From: Cupriavidus necator
GTDB taxonomy: Bacteria > Pseudomonadota > Gammaproteobacteria > Burkholderiales > Burkholderiaceae
Length of the DNA: 32,000 nt
Direction: 5' to 3'
Assembly: GCF_016127575.1 (NCBI RefSeq)
Contig: NZ_CP066018.1
Span: forward strand, 450,001-482,000
The translations under genes and the position numbers were made by a program. This document shows positions 7,469-14,801 of this stretch, one piece after another; the stretch's first letter is position 1, and every line of letters begins with the position of its first letter. The notes beneath the pieces were generated by a model. It was not told the origin of the DNA. It made no database searches and saw only the letters and a list, made by a program, of their open reading frames with translations.

Positions 7469-8944
7469 CTACACGCGGAAATCAGCAGCCATGTCGGCAT
7501 CGGTGCGCGCCTCGAGGCGCCCCGAACGGCACGCGGCGACAAACTGATCGTAGTCGCGCTCGACCTGGTCAGCATAGCCATTGGCATAGCCTACCATCGC
7601 CTCGGCCATGCGGTCGCTGCGGCCCAGGTAGCCGCTGACCTCGGCGGCCAGTCCGCTGGCCTTGGCGTGCGCCCGCGCCAGCACCCAGCCACACAGCGAG
7701 GCATAGCGGCCGAGCAGCTCGCCGTCCATCAGCTCGATCTGTGCCGACAGCTTCATGTCGCGCAGCTGCCGCAGATAGAAGTGCCGCCCGAACGGCCCCT
7801 TGGTCCAGCCGAGGAACAGGTCGCTCGCGGCCTGCATCAGCCGCTGGCCCTCGACCACGCGGCGGCCCTCGTGCGCGGTCGGCGCGCTCTTGAAGTAACG
7901 CGCCACCACCGACCTGGTGGCCTCCTTGACCTGCAGGAACAGCGGCTTGTCATGCTGGTCCACCAGCAGCTGCACCAGGCAGCGCTTGCCCACGCTGCCC
8001 ACCCCGGCCACCTTGAAGGCCAGGTCATGGCGCGTGAAATGGCCGAGCAGCCGGCGCCGGTCGGCGGCCAGCGTGGACAGGTAGTCCTGGTAGGCCTGGT
8101 CCAGCGCCAGGTCCGCGTCGCTGGCGGCCAGCCAGTCGTCGTCCGGCCCGAACAGCGTCTGCTCGCCGCGCACGTGGAAGATCGCCGGCGGCGCATCGAG
8201 TATCGACCAGCGGTCGCCGATGCGCTCGGCCAGCTTGGGCAGCAGCGACTCGTGGGTGCGGTCGGCGGCGCGCTCCATGCCGCGCCGGATGCGTTTCTGG
8301 ACTTCGGGCAAGGTGTCTTCTTCGAGCAGCCGCTCGAAGGTAATGCGGTCGTACCAGGTGTCGAGCATGCCCATTTCGCCATAAGCGAGCATGCGGCGCT
8401 GGTAGCTGCCCACCGCCTCGCGCACCATGTCTTCGGCCACAGCGGACTTGTGCCGCAGGTGGCGTGCCGCCACCACGAAGCTTGCGCACAGGCGCTTGAG
8501 GTCCCATTCCCACGGACCGGGACTGGTTTCGTCGAAATCGTTGAGGTCGAACAGCAGCGCGCGCTCGGGCGTGGCAAAGCCGCCGAAGTTGGCCAGGTGG
8601 CAGTCGCCGCAGATCTGCATATGCAGGCCGGAATCCGCGGTGCCGGCCAGGTCGTGGGCCTGGAGGATGGCGCTGCCGCGGTAGAACGCGAACGGCGACT
8701 GGATCATGCGGCCGTAGCGCAGCGGCACCAGCCGCTCAACCCGGCCCTGGCTGCTGATTTCCAGCAGTTCGACGGGGTCGCGGTCGACGTTGCCGATGGC
8801 CTCGTGCGCACCGCGCGGCACCTGCTGGCGGGCGGCCCTGCCGCGCTCGCGCCGGGCCTCGACAGTACCCTTGGCCACGGCTTGCCCGCCCTCCTGACGT
8901 GTCGCCACCATGCCCCCAATGCCGGCGCCGCCGGCGGTTGCCAT
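7469..8944 (-). CDS. DUF2252 domain protein (kinase-like signature)
   Basis: DUF2252-typical blocks are RYGRMIQSPFAFYRGSA, ICGDCHLANFGGF and LFDLNDFDET. The start is uncertain: ATG 8944 or 8911. The ATG at 9100 would add an Arg/Pro-rich extension. Confidence 0.8.
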   Translation of the reverse strand: MATAGGAGIGGMVATRQEGGQAVAKGTVEARRERGRAARQQVPRGAHEAIGNVDRDPVELLEISSQGRVERLVPLRYGRMIQSPFAFYRGSAILQAHDLAGTADSGLHMQICGDCHLANFGGFATPERALLFDLNDFDETSPGPWEWDLKRLCASFVVAARHLRHKSAVAEDMVREAVGSYQRRMLAYGEMGMLDTWYDRITFERLLEEDTLPEVQKRIRRGMERAADRTHESLLPKLAERIGDRWSILDAPPAIFHVRGEQTLFGPDDDWLAASDADLALDQAYQDYLSTLAADRRRLLGHFTRHDLAFKVAGVGSVGKRCLVQLLVDQHDKPLFLQVKEATRSVVARYFKSAPTAHEGRRVVEGQRLMQAASDLFLGWTKGPFGRHFYLRQLRDMKLSAQIELMDGELLGRYASLCGWVLARAHAKASGLAAEVSGYLGRSDRMAEAMVGYANGYADQVERDYDQFVAACRSGRLEARTDADMAADFRV

Positions 8945-9047
8945 TTGTGCAGCATCTGCAACAGAAGCTAATGCACTGCGCCGCGGCTTGTCAATCGGCA
9001 GGCCACGGCGCGGGTCAGGCTGGGGTCGGGCGGATGTGCGCCGTGGC

Positions 9048-9491
9048 TCAGAGCGCAGGCGGCTGGCGACGGAAACCGACGCCGAAGCGGTTCCATGCAT
9101 TGATGGCCGAGATCAGCAGCGTCAGGTCGGCCATTTCCTTTTCCGAGAATTGCTCTCGCAAGTCCTGGTAGTCCGCATCCGGCGCCTGGCTTTGCGGCAG
9201 CAGCGTCAGCGCCTCGGTCCACGCCAGCGCGGCGCGCTCGCGCGGGGTGAACCAGCTCACTTCACGCCAGGCCGGCAGCAGGTTCAGGCGGCGCTCGCTT
9301 TCGCCATGCTTGCGCGCATCGGTGATGTGCATGTCCAGGCAGAACGCGCAACCGTTGATCTGCGAGGCGCGGATCTTCACCAGTTCCTTGAGCGTGGTCT
9401 CCAGCGAGCAGCGTGCCAGATAGACCTCCAGGCCAATCATTGCCTTGTAGGCGTCAGGGGCCACGTCTTGCCAGTTCATCCGTTCTTCCAT
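9048..9491 (-). CDS. Carboxymuconolactone decarboxylase / AhpD-like family protein
   Basis: 147 aa starting MEERMNWQDV, with GGAG 7-8 nt upstream. It carries the AhpD-type CxxC motif INGCAFCLDMH. The longer 268-aa track ORF is an upstream extension with poor composition. Confidence 0.85.
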   Translation of the reverse strand: MEERMNWQDVAPDAYKAMIGLEVYLARCSLETTLKELVKIRASQINGCAFCLDMHITDARKHGESERRLNLLPAWREVSWFTPRERAALAWTEALTLLPQSQAPDADYQDLREQFSEKEMADLTLLISAINAWNRFGVGFRRQPPAL

Positions 9492-9568
9492 GATCGATCT
9501 CCGCTTTGACAGGTTGGATTCGGCGGGCACTGGTGTCGCGCCCGTTGGGATGAAAGATAGACCCATCG

Positions 9569-9590
9569 ATTGGCCCCGCACACTGCCAAT
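9569..9590. promoter_or_regulatory. Inverted repeat ATTGGC-N10-GCCAAT in the CMD/MocR divergent spacer (candidate operator)
   Basis: ATTGGC is at 9569-9574 and GCCAAT at 9585-9590. Further CCAAT/ATTGG-like half sites lie near 9513 and 9609. Confidence 0.3.
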
Positions 9591-9633
9591 TTCCGGCAGA
9601 ATCAGTAGACCAATCCTGACCGACGCGTACCTT

Positions 9634-11082
9634 ATGGAACTGCATCTCGCCCTGGACCAAGCCAGCGACCTGACCGCGCAGATCGTCCACCAGATCCGCG
9701 ACGCGATCCAGGGCGGCCGGCTCGAGGCCGGCGCACGCATGCCGCCTACGCGCCTGCTTGGCACCCAGCTGGGCGTGGCGCGCAAGACGGTGACCACGGC
9801 GTATGAACGACTGGTGGCCGAAGGCTGGCTGCACGCGCGCGTCGGCGACGGCACCTATGTGGCCGAGGGGCTGGCCCGCCCGGCCATGCGCATGGCGGCG
9901 GCGCCGGTGCTGCCGCCTGCCGTGCAGCGCTGGATGGCGGTGCCGACGCCGTTCCTGGACTCCGGCGGCGGCGCGCGCTCTGGGTTCCAGCCGGGGCAGG
10001 CCGATACCACGCGCTTTCCGCATGAAGCCTGGTCGCGCTGCGTGCGCGCGGCGCTGGCCGCCGAGCGCCAGCGCCCGCCCGGCGTCGCCGATCCGGCCGG
10101 TGAGATGGTGCTGCGCCAGGCCATTGCCCGCCATATCGCCTTCACGCGTGGCGTGCAGAGCATGCCGACCGACATCCTGGTCACGGGCGGCGCGCAACAG
10201 GGCATCGACCTGCTGGCCCGGCTGCTGCTCGGGCCCGGCGCCGTGGTGGCGATGGAGGATCCCGGCTATCCGATGGCGCGTTCGTTGTTCCAGGGGCTGG
10301 GCGCACGGGTGGTGCCAGTGCCGGTCGATGGTGAAGGGCTGGTGGTGGAGGCGCTGCCGAACGATGCCACGCTGGTCTATGTCACGCCATCGCACCAGTC
10401 GCCGCTGGGCGTGCCGATGAGCCTGGCGCGGCGCCAGGCGCTGCTGGACTGGGCGGCACTCCGCCACGCGGTGATCCTGGAAGACGACTACGACAGCGAA
10501 TTCCGCTACGGCGGCCAGGCGCTGGACGCACTGCAGACGCTGGACCGGCATGGCCGCGTGGTCTACCTCGGCACGTTCTCGAAGACGCTGGTGGCCAACC
10601 TGCGCTGCGGCTACCTGGTGGTGCCGCCCTGGCTGATGCCGGCCGCGCGCAAGGTCAAGCACCTGATGGACTGGTACACGCCGACGCTGATCCAGCAGGC
10701 GCTGGCGCGCTTCCTGTCCGAGGGTCACCTGCTGCGCCATATCCGGCGTTCGCACGCGCGCCACGCCCAGCGCCGCGCCCGCCTGCTGGCGCGGCTGCAC
10801 GGCGACCTGTCGCCGTGGCTGGAGCCGCTGCCGGCAATGGCGGGCTTCCACCTGGCGGCGCGGCTGCGCGTGCCGGTGGCGTCCGAGGCACTGGTCTCGA
10901 CTGCGCGCCTGGCCGGCCTGGCACTTGCCACGCTCGATCCCTGCTATGCCACGCCCCCTGCTACCTGCGCGGGGCTGCTGCTGGGCTTCGGCGCCATCGA
11001 CCTGCTGGATATCGATCCTGCCCTGGACCGGCTGGCAATGGTACTCTCTGCACTGGTACCTGAGCCGGCGCACGCCACGTGA
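9634..11082 (+). CDS. MocR-subfamily GntR transcriptional regulator (wHTH plus PLP aminotransferase-like domain)
   Basis: ATG 9634 gives the family-typical N-terminus MELHLALDQASDLTAQIVHQIRDAIQGGRLEAGARMPPTRLLGTQLGVARKTVTTAYERLVAEGW. The aminotransferase-like block includes YLGTFSKTL. Confidence 0.85.
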   Translation: MELHLALDQASDLTAQIVHQIRDAIQGGRLEAGARMPPTRLLGTQLGVARKTVTTAYERLVAEGWLHARVGDGTYVAEGLARPAMRMAAAPVLPPAVQRWMAVPTPFLDSGGGARSGFQPGQADTTRFPHEAWSRCVRAALAAERQRPPGVADPAGEMVLRQAIARHIAFTRGVQSMPTDILVTGGAQQGIDLLARLLLGPGAVVAMEDPGYPMARSLFQGLGARVVPVPVDGEGLVVEALPNDATLVYVTPSHQSPLGVPMSLARRQALLDWAALRHAVILEDDYDSEFRYGGQALDALQTLDRHGRVVYLGTFSKTLVANLRCGYLVVPPWLMPAARKVKHLMDWYTPTLIQQALARFLSEGHLLRHIRRSHARHAQRRARLLARLHGDLSPWLEPLPAMAGFHLAARLRVPVASEALVSTARLAGLALATLDPCYATPPATCAGLLLGFGAIDLLDIDPALDRLAMVLSALVPEPAHAT

Positions 11083-11240
11083 TGCGGGCCGCACAGGAGC
11101 GATACCAGGTGACGCATGCCACGCGCATGCCATCACAGCGACATGGCGCCGCTGTCATGCTGGTATTTCGCAAACCGACGTGAACAAACCGGAAGCGTGC
11201 GGGTCTCATTCGCACTTTCCACACAACCAGAGTCGCGTTC

Positions 11241-11549
11241 ATGACCAAGCGTTTGTTGTCCGCCATGCGTCAGTACGCATGGTTTGCCGGGGTGAAGCAC
11301 CATGTCGTGCAGGGCGTCGAAGCCCTGGCGGAACTGCTCAAGTCCCCTTCCGCCGCGGCGCGCGCCGTCGCGGCCATCGTTGCCGAAACCGAGCACGGCG
11401 TACAGGTCTGGGTCTCGTACTTCGGCAAGCCGCTGGATCCGCACACCAACTACGTGCTGTGGCCCAACCGCGCGCTGCGCCCGGCGCGGCGGCGCATCCA
11501 GCCCTCTCCGATCGAACTGTTGCAGATGCAGCGACGGCGCGACGGATAG
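11241..11549 (+). CDS. Hypothetical protein (102 aa)
   Basis: Third positions are strongly GC-rich in this frame, unlike the antisense ORF 11133..11444. The SD is weak and I recognise no family. Confidence 0.45.
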   Translation: MTKRLLSAMRQYAWFAGVKHHVVQGVEALAELLKSPSAAARAVAAIVAETEHGVQVWVSYFGKPLDPHTNYVLWPNRALRPARRRIQPSPIELLQMQRRRDG

Positions 11550-11592
11550 CCGCGCCTGCTTGCTGGCTGACGGGATGCAGCGCCGCCGGAGT

Positions 11593-12276
11593 TCAGGAGT
11601 CCGCCCAGCGGCGCAGCAGGTTGTGATAAACCCCGGTCAGGCCGATCACCGATTCATGCGCCTGGCCGAGTTCCTGCGCCACCTGGCGGATACGCGCGTC
11701 CAGCTCGAACAGCAGCGCGCGCTGGCCATCGTCGCGCACCATGCTCTGGATCCAGAAGAACGATGACACCCGCGCCCCGCGCGTGACCGGCGTCACGTGG
11801 TGGATGCTGGTGGCCGGGTACAGCACCATATGCCCGGCCGGCAGCTTCACGCGCTGCTGGCCGTAGGTGTCCTCGATCACCAGTTCGCCGCCGTCGTATT
11901 CGTCTGGCTCGGTCAGGAACAGCGTCGCCGACAGGTCGCAGCGGATACGGAAGCTGGTGCCGCGCAGGTAGCGGATCGCGTTGTCGACATGGTTGGCAAA
12001 GGTATGCCCGCCTTCATAGCGGTTGAACAGCGGCGGATAGACCTTCAGCGGCAGCGCCGCCGAGAAGAACAGCGCGTTGTTGCCGAGCGCGTCCTGGATC
12101 AGGTCGCCCACCTGGCGCGCCGCGGCGAGCCCTCCGGCAACTGCAGGTTGCGCTTGGCCAGCGCCGACTGGTAGCCCGAGGTCTCATTGCCGTCGGCCCA
12201 CGCCGCCGCGTCGACGACCTGCCGGACTTGCGCCACCTGGCGCCTTGGACAGTACGTCGGGAATCTGCAGCATCAT
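11593..12276 (-). pseudogene. piuC: PKHD-type Fe(II)/2-oxoglutarate hydroxylase PiuC/YbiX, interrupted by two opposite 1-nt frameshifts
   Basis: [12 protein letters not shown] reads from ATG 12276. [39 protein letters not shown] reads in a second frame (12239-12123). [12 protein letters not shown]...HVDNA...[27 protein letters not shown]...WADS reads again in the first frame to 11593. Confidence 0.75.
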
Positions 12277-12338
12277 GATGGCAATAATGTCGGGATGAAT
12301 CGGGCAGGTGCACATTGTATGGGAAGCGCGGCAGGGAC

Positions 12339-12357
12339 CCGAACAAGAATCATTACC
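12339..12357. promoter_or_regulatory. Candidate Fur box in the piuC / hypothetical-gene divergent spacer
   Basis: CCGAACAAGAATCATTACC matches 12 of 19 positions of GATAATGATAATCATTATC, with the AATCATTA core intact. piuC homologues are classically iron/Fur regulated. Confidence 0.3.
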
Positions 12358-12427
12358 GTTTGATCCTGTGCAGGCGGCGGCTTCACTACAATGGGTTCTG
12401 TATCCCCGTCACCGACAAGGAGCCGAC

Positions 12428-12709
12428 ATGTCCGAACCGCTACACGATGAAGCGCTGGTCAATCTCTACCTGGAACGCATCTCGGCTCTCTCGGTGAGCG
12501 CCTTCGATGGTGCCGATGTCAGCGGCGAGCTCGATGCGGTGATGCGCGAAGCGGTAACCAAGTGCCAGGCCGCGGGCGGGCCGCAGGCGCACGGAACACT
12601 GACGGTGCTGGCCACGCGGCTGCGTGAGCATGCCGACGCCGCGGAGCGTGAAGACCAGCCGCTGGTGCGCGATACCTTCAGGCGTGCGGCGGAACTGGTG
12701 CGCACCTAG
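12428..12709 (+). CDS. Hypothetical protein (93 aa)
   Basis: AAGGAG lies 6 nt upstream of ATG 12428. GC3-rich codons. I recognise no family. Confidence 0.55.
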   Translation: MSEPLHDEALVNLYLERISALSVSAFDGADVSGELDAVMREAVTKCQAAGGPQAHGTLTVLATRLREHADAAEREDQPLVRDTFRRAAELVRT

Positions 12710-12853
12710 TGGTGCCAGCGCACGAACGCTGCAAGGCATGCCTTTGGGTTGCGCGGAATGACATCGGAGCAGTGAGTGAGTCAGGCCGGACGGCCTTGAG
12801 AACAACGCCTTGAAGGACTGCGGCGAATGCCGCTGGATACTGATATAAGGCGT

Positions 12854-12929
12854 TGGTTGCGGGGGCAGGACTTGAACCTGCGACCTTCGGGTTATGAGCC
12901 CGACGAGCTGCCAACTGCTCCACCCCGCG
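12854..12929 (-). tRNA. Initiator tRNA-Met (anticodon CAU)
   Basis: The reverse complement is CGCGGGGTGGAGCAGTTGGCAGCTCGTCGGGCTCATAACCCGAAGGTCGCAGGTTCAAGTCCTGCCCCCGCAACCA. It has the C1-A72 mismatch and three G-C pairs closing the anticodon stem, and is near-identical in design to E. coli tRNA-fMet. CCA is encoded. Confidence 0.95.
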
Positions 12930-12943
12930 TCTGAAGGAGACGG

Positions 12944-12972
12944 ATTATGGGTGATTCATCCGCGCATGGCAA
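12944..12972 (-). promoter_or_regulatory. Sigma70-type promoter for tRNA-fMet
   Basis: The minus strand reads TTGCCA (12972-12967), a 17-nt spacer, then CATAAT (12949-12944). The -10 element ends 14 nt upstream of the mature 5' end. Confidence 0.5.
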
Positions 12973-13020
12973 GCGCTATTTTGCCGTGCGCATGAAATCG
13001 TTCGCTCGTGCCTCGCGCCA

Positions 13021-13260
13021 TCATGCAATGCGCCTGACTTTGCCGTCCGGTTCGTGCGTTGCAAGCAAGGCTTCGACATAGCGATTGACGTGTTCGAGCG
13101 CCTCGAGCTTGGTGTCGAACGGCTGGTTGGGAAACGGGTTGTGCCGCCTCGCGAGAATCTGACCGTCGGTGCGGCGCATGATCTCGATCAGGATGGCCCA
13201 CTTGGACCTGGGCAGCGCAATCACTTCATAGACGATCTTGTAGCCTGCATATTCCGGCAT
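13021..13260 (-). CDS. Hypothetical small protein (79 aa)
   Basis: MPEYAGYKIVYEVIALPRSKWAILIEIMRR... with coding-like GC3. GGAG lies 11 nt upstream of ATG 13260. The upstream in-frame ATGs (13314, 13344) lack an SD. Confidence 0.5.
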   Translation of the reverse strand: MPEYAGYKIVYEVIALPRSKWAILIEIMRRTDGQILARRHNPFPNQPFDTKLEALEHVNRYVEALLATHEPDGKVRRIA

Positions 13261-13418
13261 GGCGGGGGGCACTCCGTTCTGCTGCAATGGCGAGCGAGAC
13301 TTCGCTCGCTTCATTTCCAGCGTAGGAGTGCCGCGCAGGATCAAGAATGATCCGCGTCAATAGCAATAGATCACGGCATGATATAAGCCGTTGCGCCAAC
13401 CACAATGACGCGCAACCC

Positions 13419-13679
13419 TTATTCGGCGGGCCCGAGCAGTCGGTCCACCAGGGCATAGCCCGCGCCGAAGGCAGCCACCTCCGCCGCATGGCGCGTGGCG
13501 AACTGCTGCGGGCCGCTGGCAAGCAACTCGGTATCGCCCGCGTCGGCCGGGTCGGCGCCTTCCTGCGACACGCGGACTTCATAGCCCCAACGGCCGATGC
13601 TGTCCTGCCCGTGCGGCGATACCAGGACATAGACATCCATGCCGCGGTACTCTTCAACGCGCCACTCTGCGTTTTCCAT
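13419..13679 (-). CDS. Hypothetical small protein (86 aa)
   Basis: MENAEWRVEEYRGMDVYVLVSPHGQDSIGRWGYEVRV... with GGGAG 8 nt upstream of ATG 13679. GC3-rich codons. Confidence 0.55.
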   Translation of the reverse strand: MENAEWRVEEYRGMDVYVLVSPHGQDSIGRWGYEVRVSQEGADPADAGDTELLASGPQQFATRHAAEVAAFGAGYALVDRLLGPAE

Positions 13680-13843
13680 GCGCTCAGCTCCCAGGGTCGA
13701 GGTTGTGCCTGATTCGAGCCTAGGAGGCCGCACGCGCGACCGCAAGGCGTGACGCAGCAATCGCAGGTTTGCGTGGGTGCAGACGGAAAGCGGGAACGGT
13801 AGCCGCGGCGCGCAAGTCGAACGGCACGACGGCGAAAGGACGG

Positions 13844-13876
13844 AAACGAAAAAGGGCTTCCGTTTCCGGAAGCCCT
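13844..13876 (-). terminator. Rho-independent terminator of tRNA-Arg
   Basis: The minus strand reads AGGGCTTCCG gaaa CGGAAGCCCT followed by TTTTCGTTT. It lies 16 nt after the tRNA 3' end. Confidence 0.75.
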
Positions 13877-13892
13877 CTTCTTTCTGCATAGG

Positions 13893-13969
13893 TGGCGCGG
13901 CTGGCAGGATTCGAACCCACGACCCCTTGGTTCGTAGCCAAGTACTCTATCCAACTGAGCTACAGCCGC
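13893..13969 (-). tRNA. tRNA-Arg (anticodon ACG)
   Basis: The reverse complement is GCGGCTGTAGCTCAGTTGGATAGAGTACTTGGCTACGAACCAAGGGGTCGTGGGTTCGAATCCTGCCAGCCGCGCCA. It folds as a cloverleaf with 7-bp acceptor stem GCGGCTG/CAGCCGC and anticodon loop CTACGAA. Confidence 0.95.
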
Positions 13970-13982
13970 ACGCGAGAAAAAG

Positions 13983-14010
13983 ATTATAACCCAGTTTTTA
14001 TTTTTGGGAA
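13983..14010 (-). promoter_or_regulatory. Sigma70-type promoter for tRNA-Arg
   Basis: The minus strand reads TTCCCA, a 16-nt A/T-rich spacer, then TATAAT (13988-13983). The -10 element ends 13 nt upstream of the mature 5' end. Confidence 0.5.
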
Positions 14011-14125
14011 GCCCCTTCGCAACTTTTTTGTGATCTTTCTTTGGAAGGGGTGCAGCAGATGCCCGCCGGCGAGGTTCGCCTGTGGCGTTTTCCTATAATG
14101 ACAGATCCAAGAAGTGATCCGGAAC

Positions 14126-14689
14126 ATGAACAAGGCATTTGTCAAAGAGTCGTCCGGCGACGAGGACGACGACCTCCCCGAAGGCGCAACGCCGCTACCT
14201 CCCGGCACCAAGAACTACATCACCGCCGAAGGCTACAACCGCCTGCGCAATGAGCTGATGCAGCTGATCGACGTCGACCGGCCCGATGTAGTGCAGATCG
14301 TGTCGTGGGCGGCCTCCAATGGCGACCGCTCGGAGAATGGCGACTATCTCTACGGCAAGAAGCGCCTGCGCGAGATCGACCGCCGCATCCGCTTCCTGAC
14401 GCGCCGCCTCGACAAGGCGGAAGTGGTCGACCCGTCGCTGCAGGGCGACAACGACCAGATCTTCTTCGGCGCCACCGTCACCTACGCCAATCGTGCCGGC
14501 GAAGAAACCACCATCACCATCGTCGGCATGGATGAAGTCGACCTGGACAGCAACCACGTGAGCTGGATCTCGCCGATCGCCAAGGCGCTGATCAAGGCGC
14601 GCGAGGGCGACACCGTGGCGCTGCGCACGCCGGCCGGGGTCGAGCAGATCGATATCCTGGAAGTCCGCTACCCGTCGCGGAAACAATAG
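14126..14689 (+). CDS. greB: Transcription elongation factor GreB
   Basis: ITAEGYNRLRNEL....RP.V...VSWAASNGDRSENGDYLYGKKRLREIDRRIRFL aligns with E. coli GreB. The acidic N-terminal extension is typical of betaproteobacteria. I prefer ATG 14126 over GTG 14114. Confidence 0.85.
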   Translation: MNKAFVKESSGDEDDDLPEGATPLPPGTKNYITAEGYNRLRNELMQLIDVDRPDVVQIVSWAASNGDRSENGDYLYGKKRLREIDRRIRFLTRRLDKAEVVDPSLQGDNDQIFFGATVTYANRAGEETTITIVGMDEVDLDSNHVSWISPIAKALIKAREGDTVALRTPAGVEQIDILEVRYPSRKQ

Positions 14690-14697
14690 CCTGGAGT

Positions 14698-14801
14698 GGA
14701 GGCCGTTTTAGGGCGGCCCTGGCTAGGCGTGCGGCCGCAGACAGTACAAGTAGCACGGCAAGGCCGCACAACGACGCCAGGGCCGTCCTAGAACGGCCTC
14801 C
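14698..14801. repeat. 104-bp nested imperfect palindrome between convergent greB and spoT (REP-like element or bidirectional terminator)
   Basis: The 26-nt outer arms are 14698-14723 and 14776-14801, with 24 Watson-Crick pairs plus 2 positions that are G-U only in the plus-strand RNA. The inner 8-bp stem is GTGCGGCC (14729-36) / GGCCGCAC (14762-69). There is no U-tract. Confidence 0.6.

Noticed and set aside
6011-8971. 986-aa ORF on the plus strand, the longest ORF in the track
   Set aside because: It runs antisense across lpxO, the small acidic gene and DUF2252. Its translation is Arg/Ala/Gly/Pro-rich low-complexity with no motifs. The minus-strand genes have clear family signatures and SDs. 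It is a classic high-GC shadow ORF.
9490-9633. ATG 9490 as the start of the MocR regulator, which would give divergent genes with overlapping start codons (CATG at 9489-9492)
   Set aside because: The 48 extra residues are not GntR-like. The wHTH consensus begins at MELHLALD (ATG 9634). The region is better explained as the shared promoter/operator.
12014-12346. 110-aa minus-strand ORF across the piuC 5' region
   Set aside because: It is a third frame with an Arg-rich nonsense translation. The PiuC homology lies in the other two frames (see the pseudogene call).
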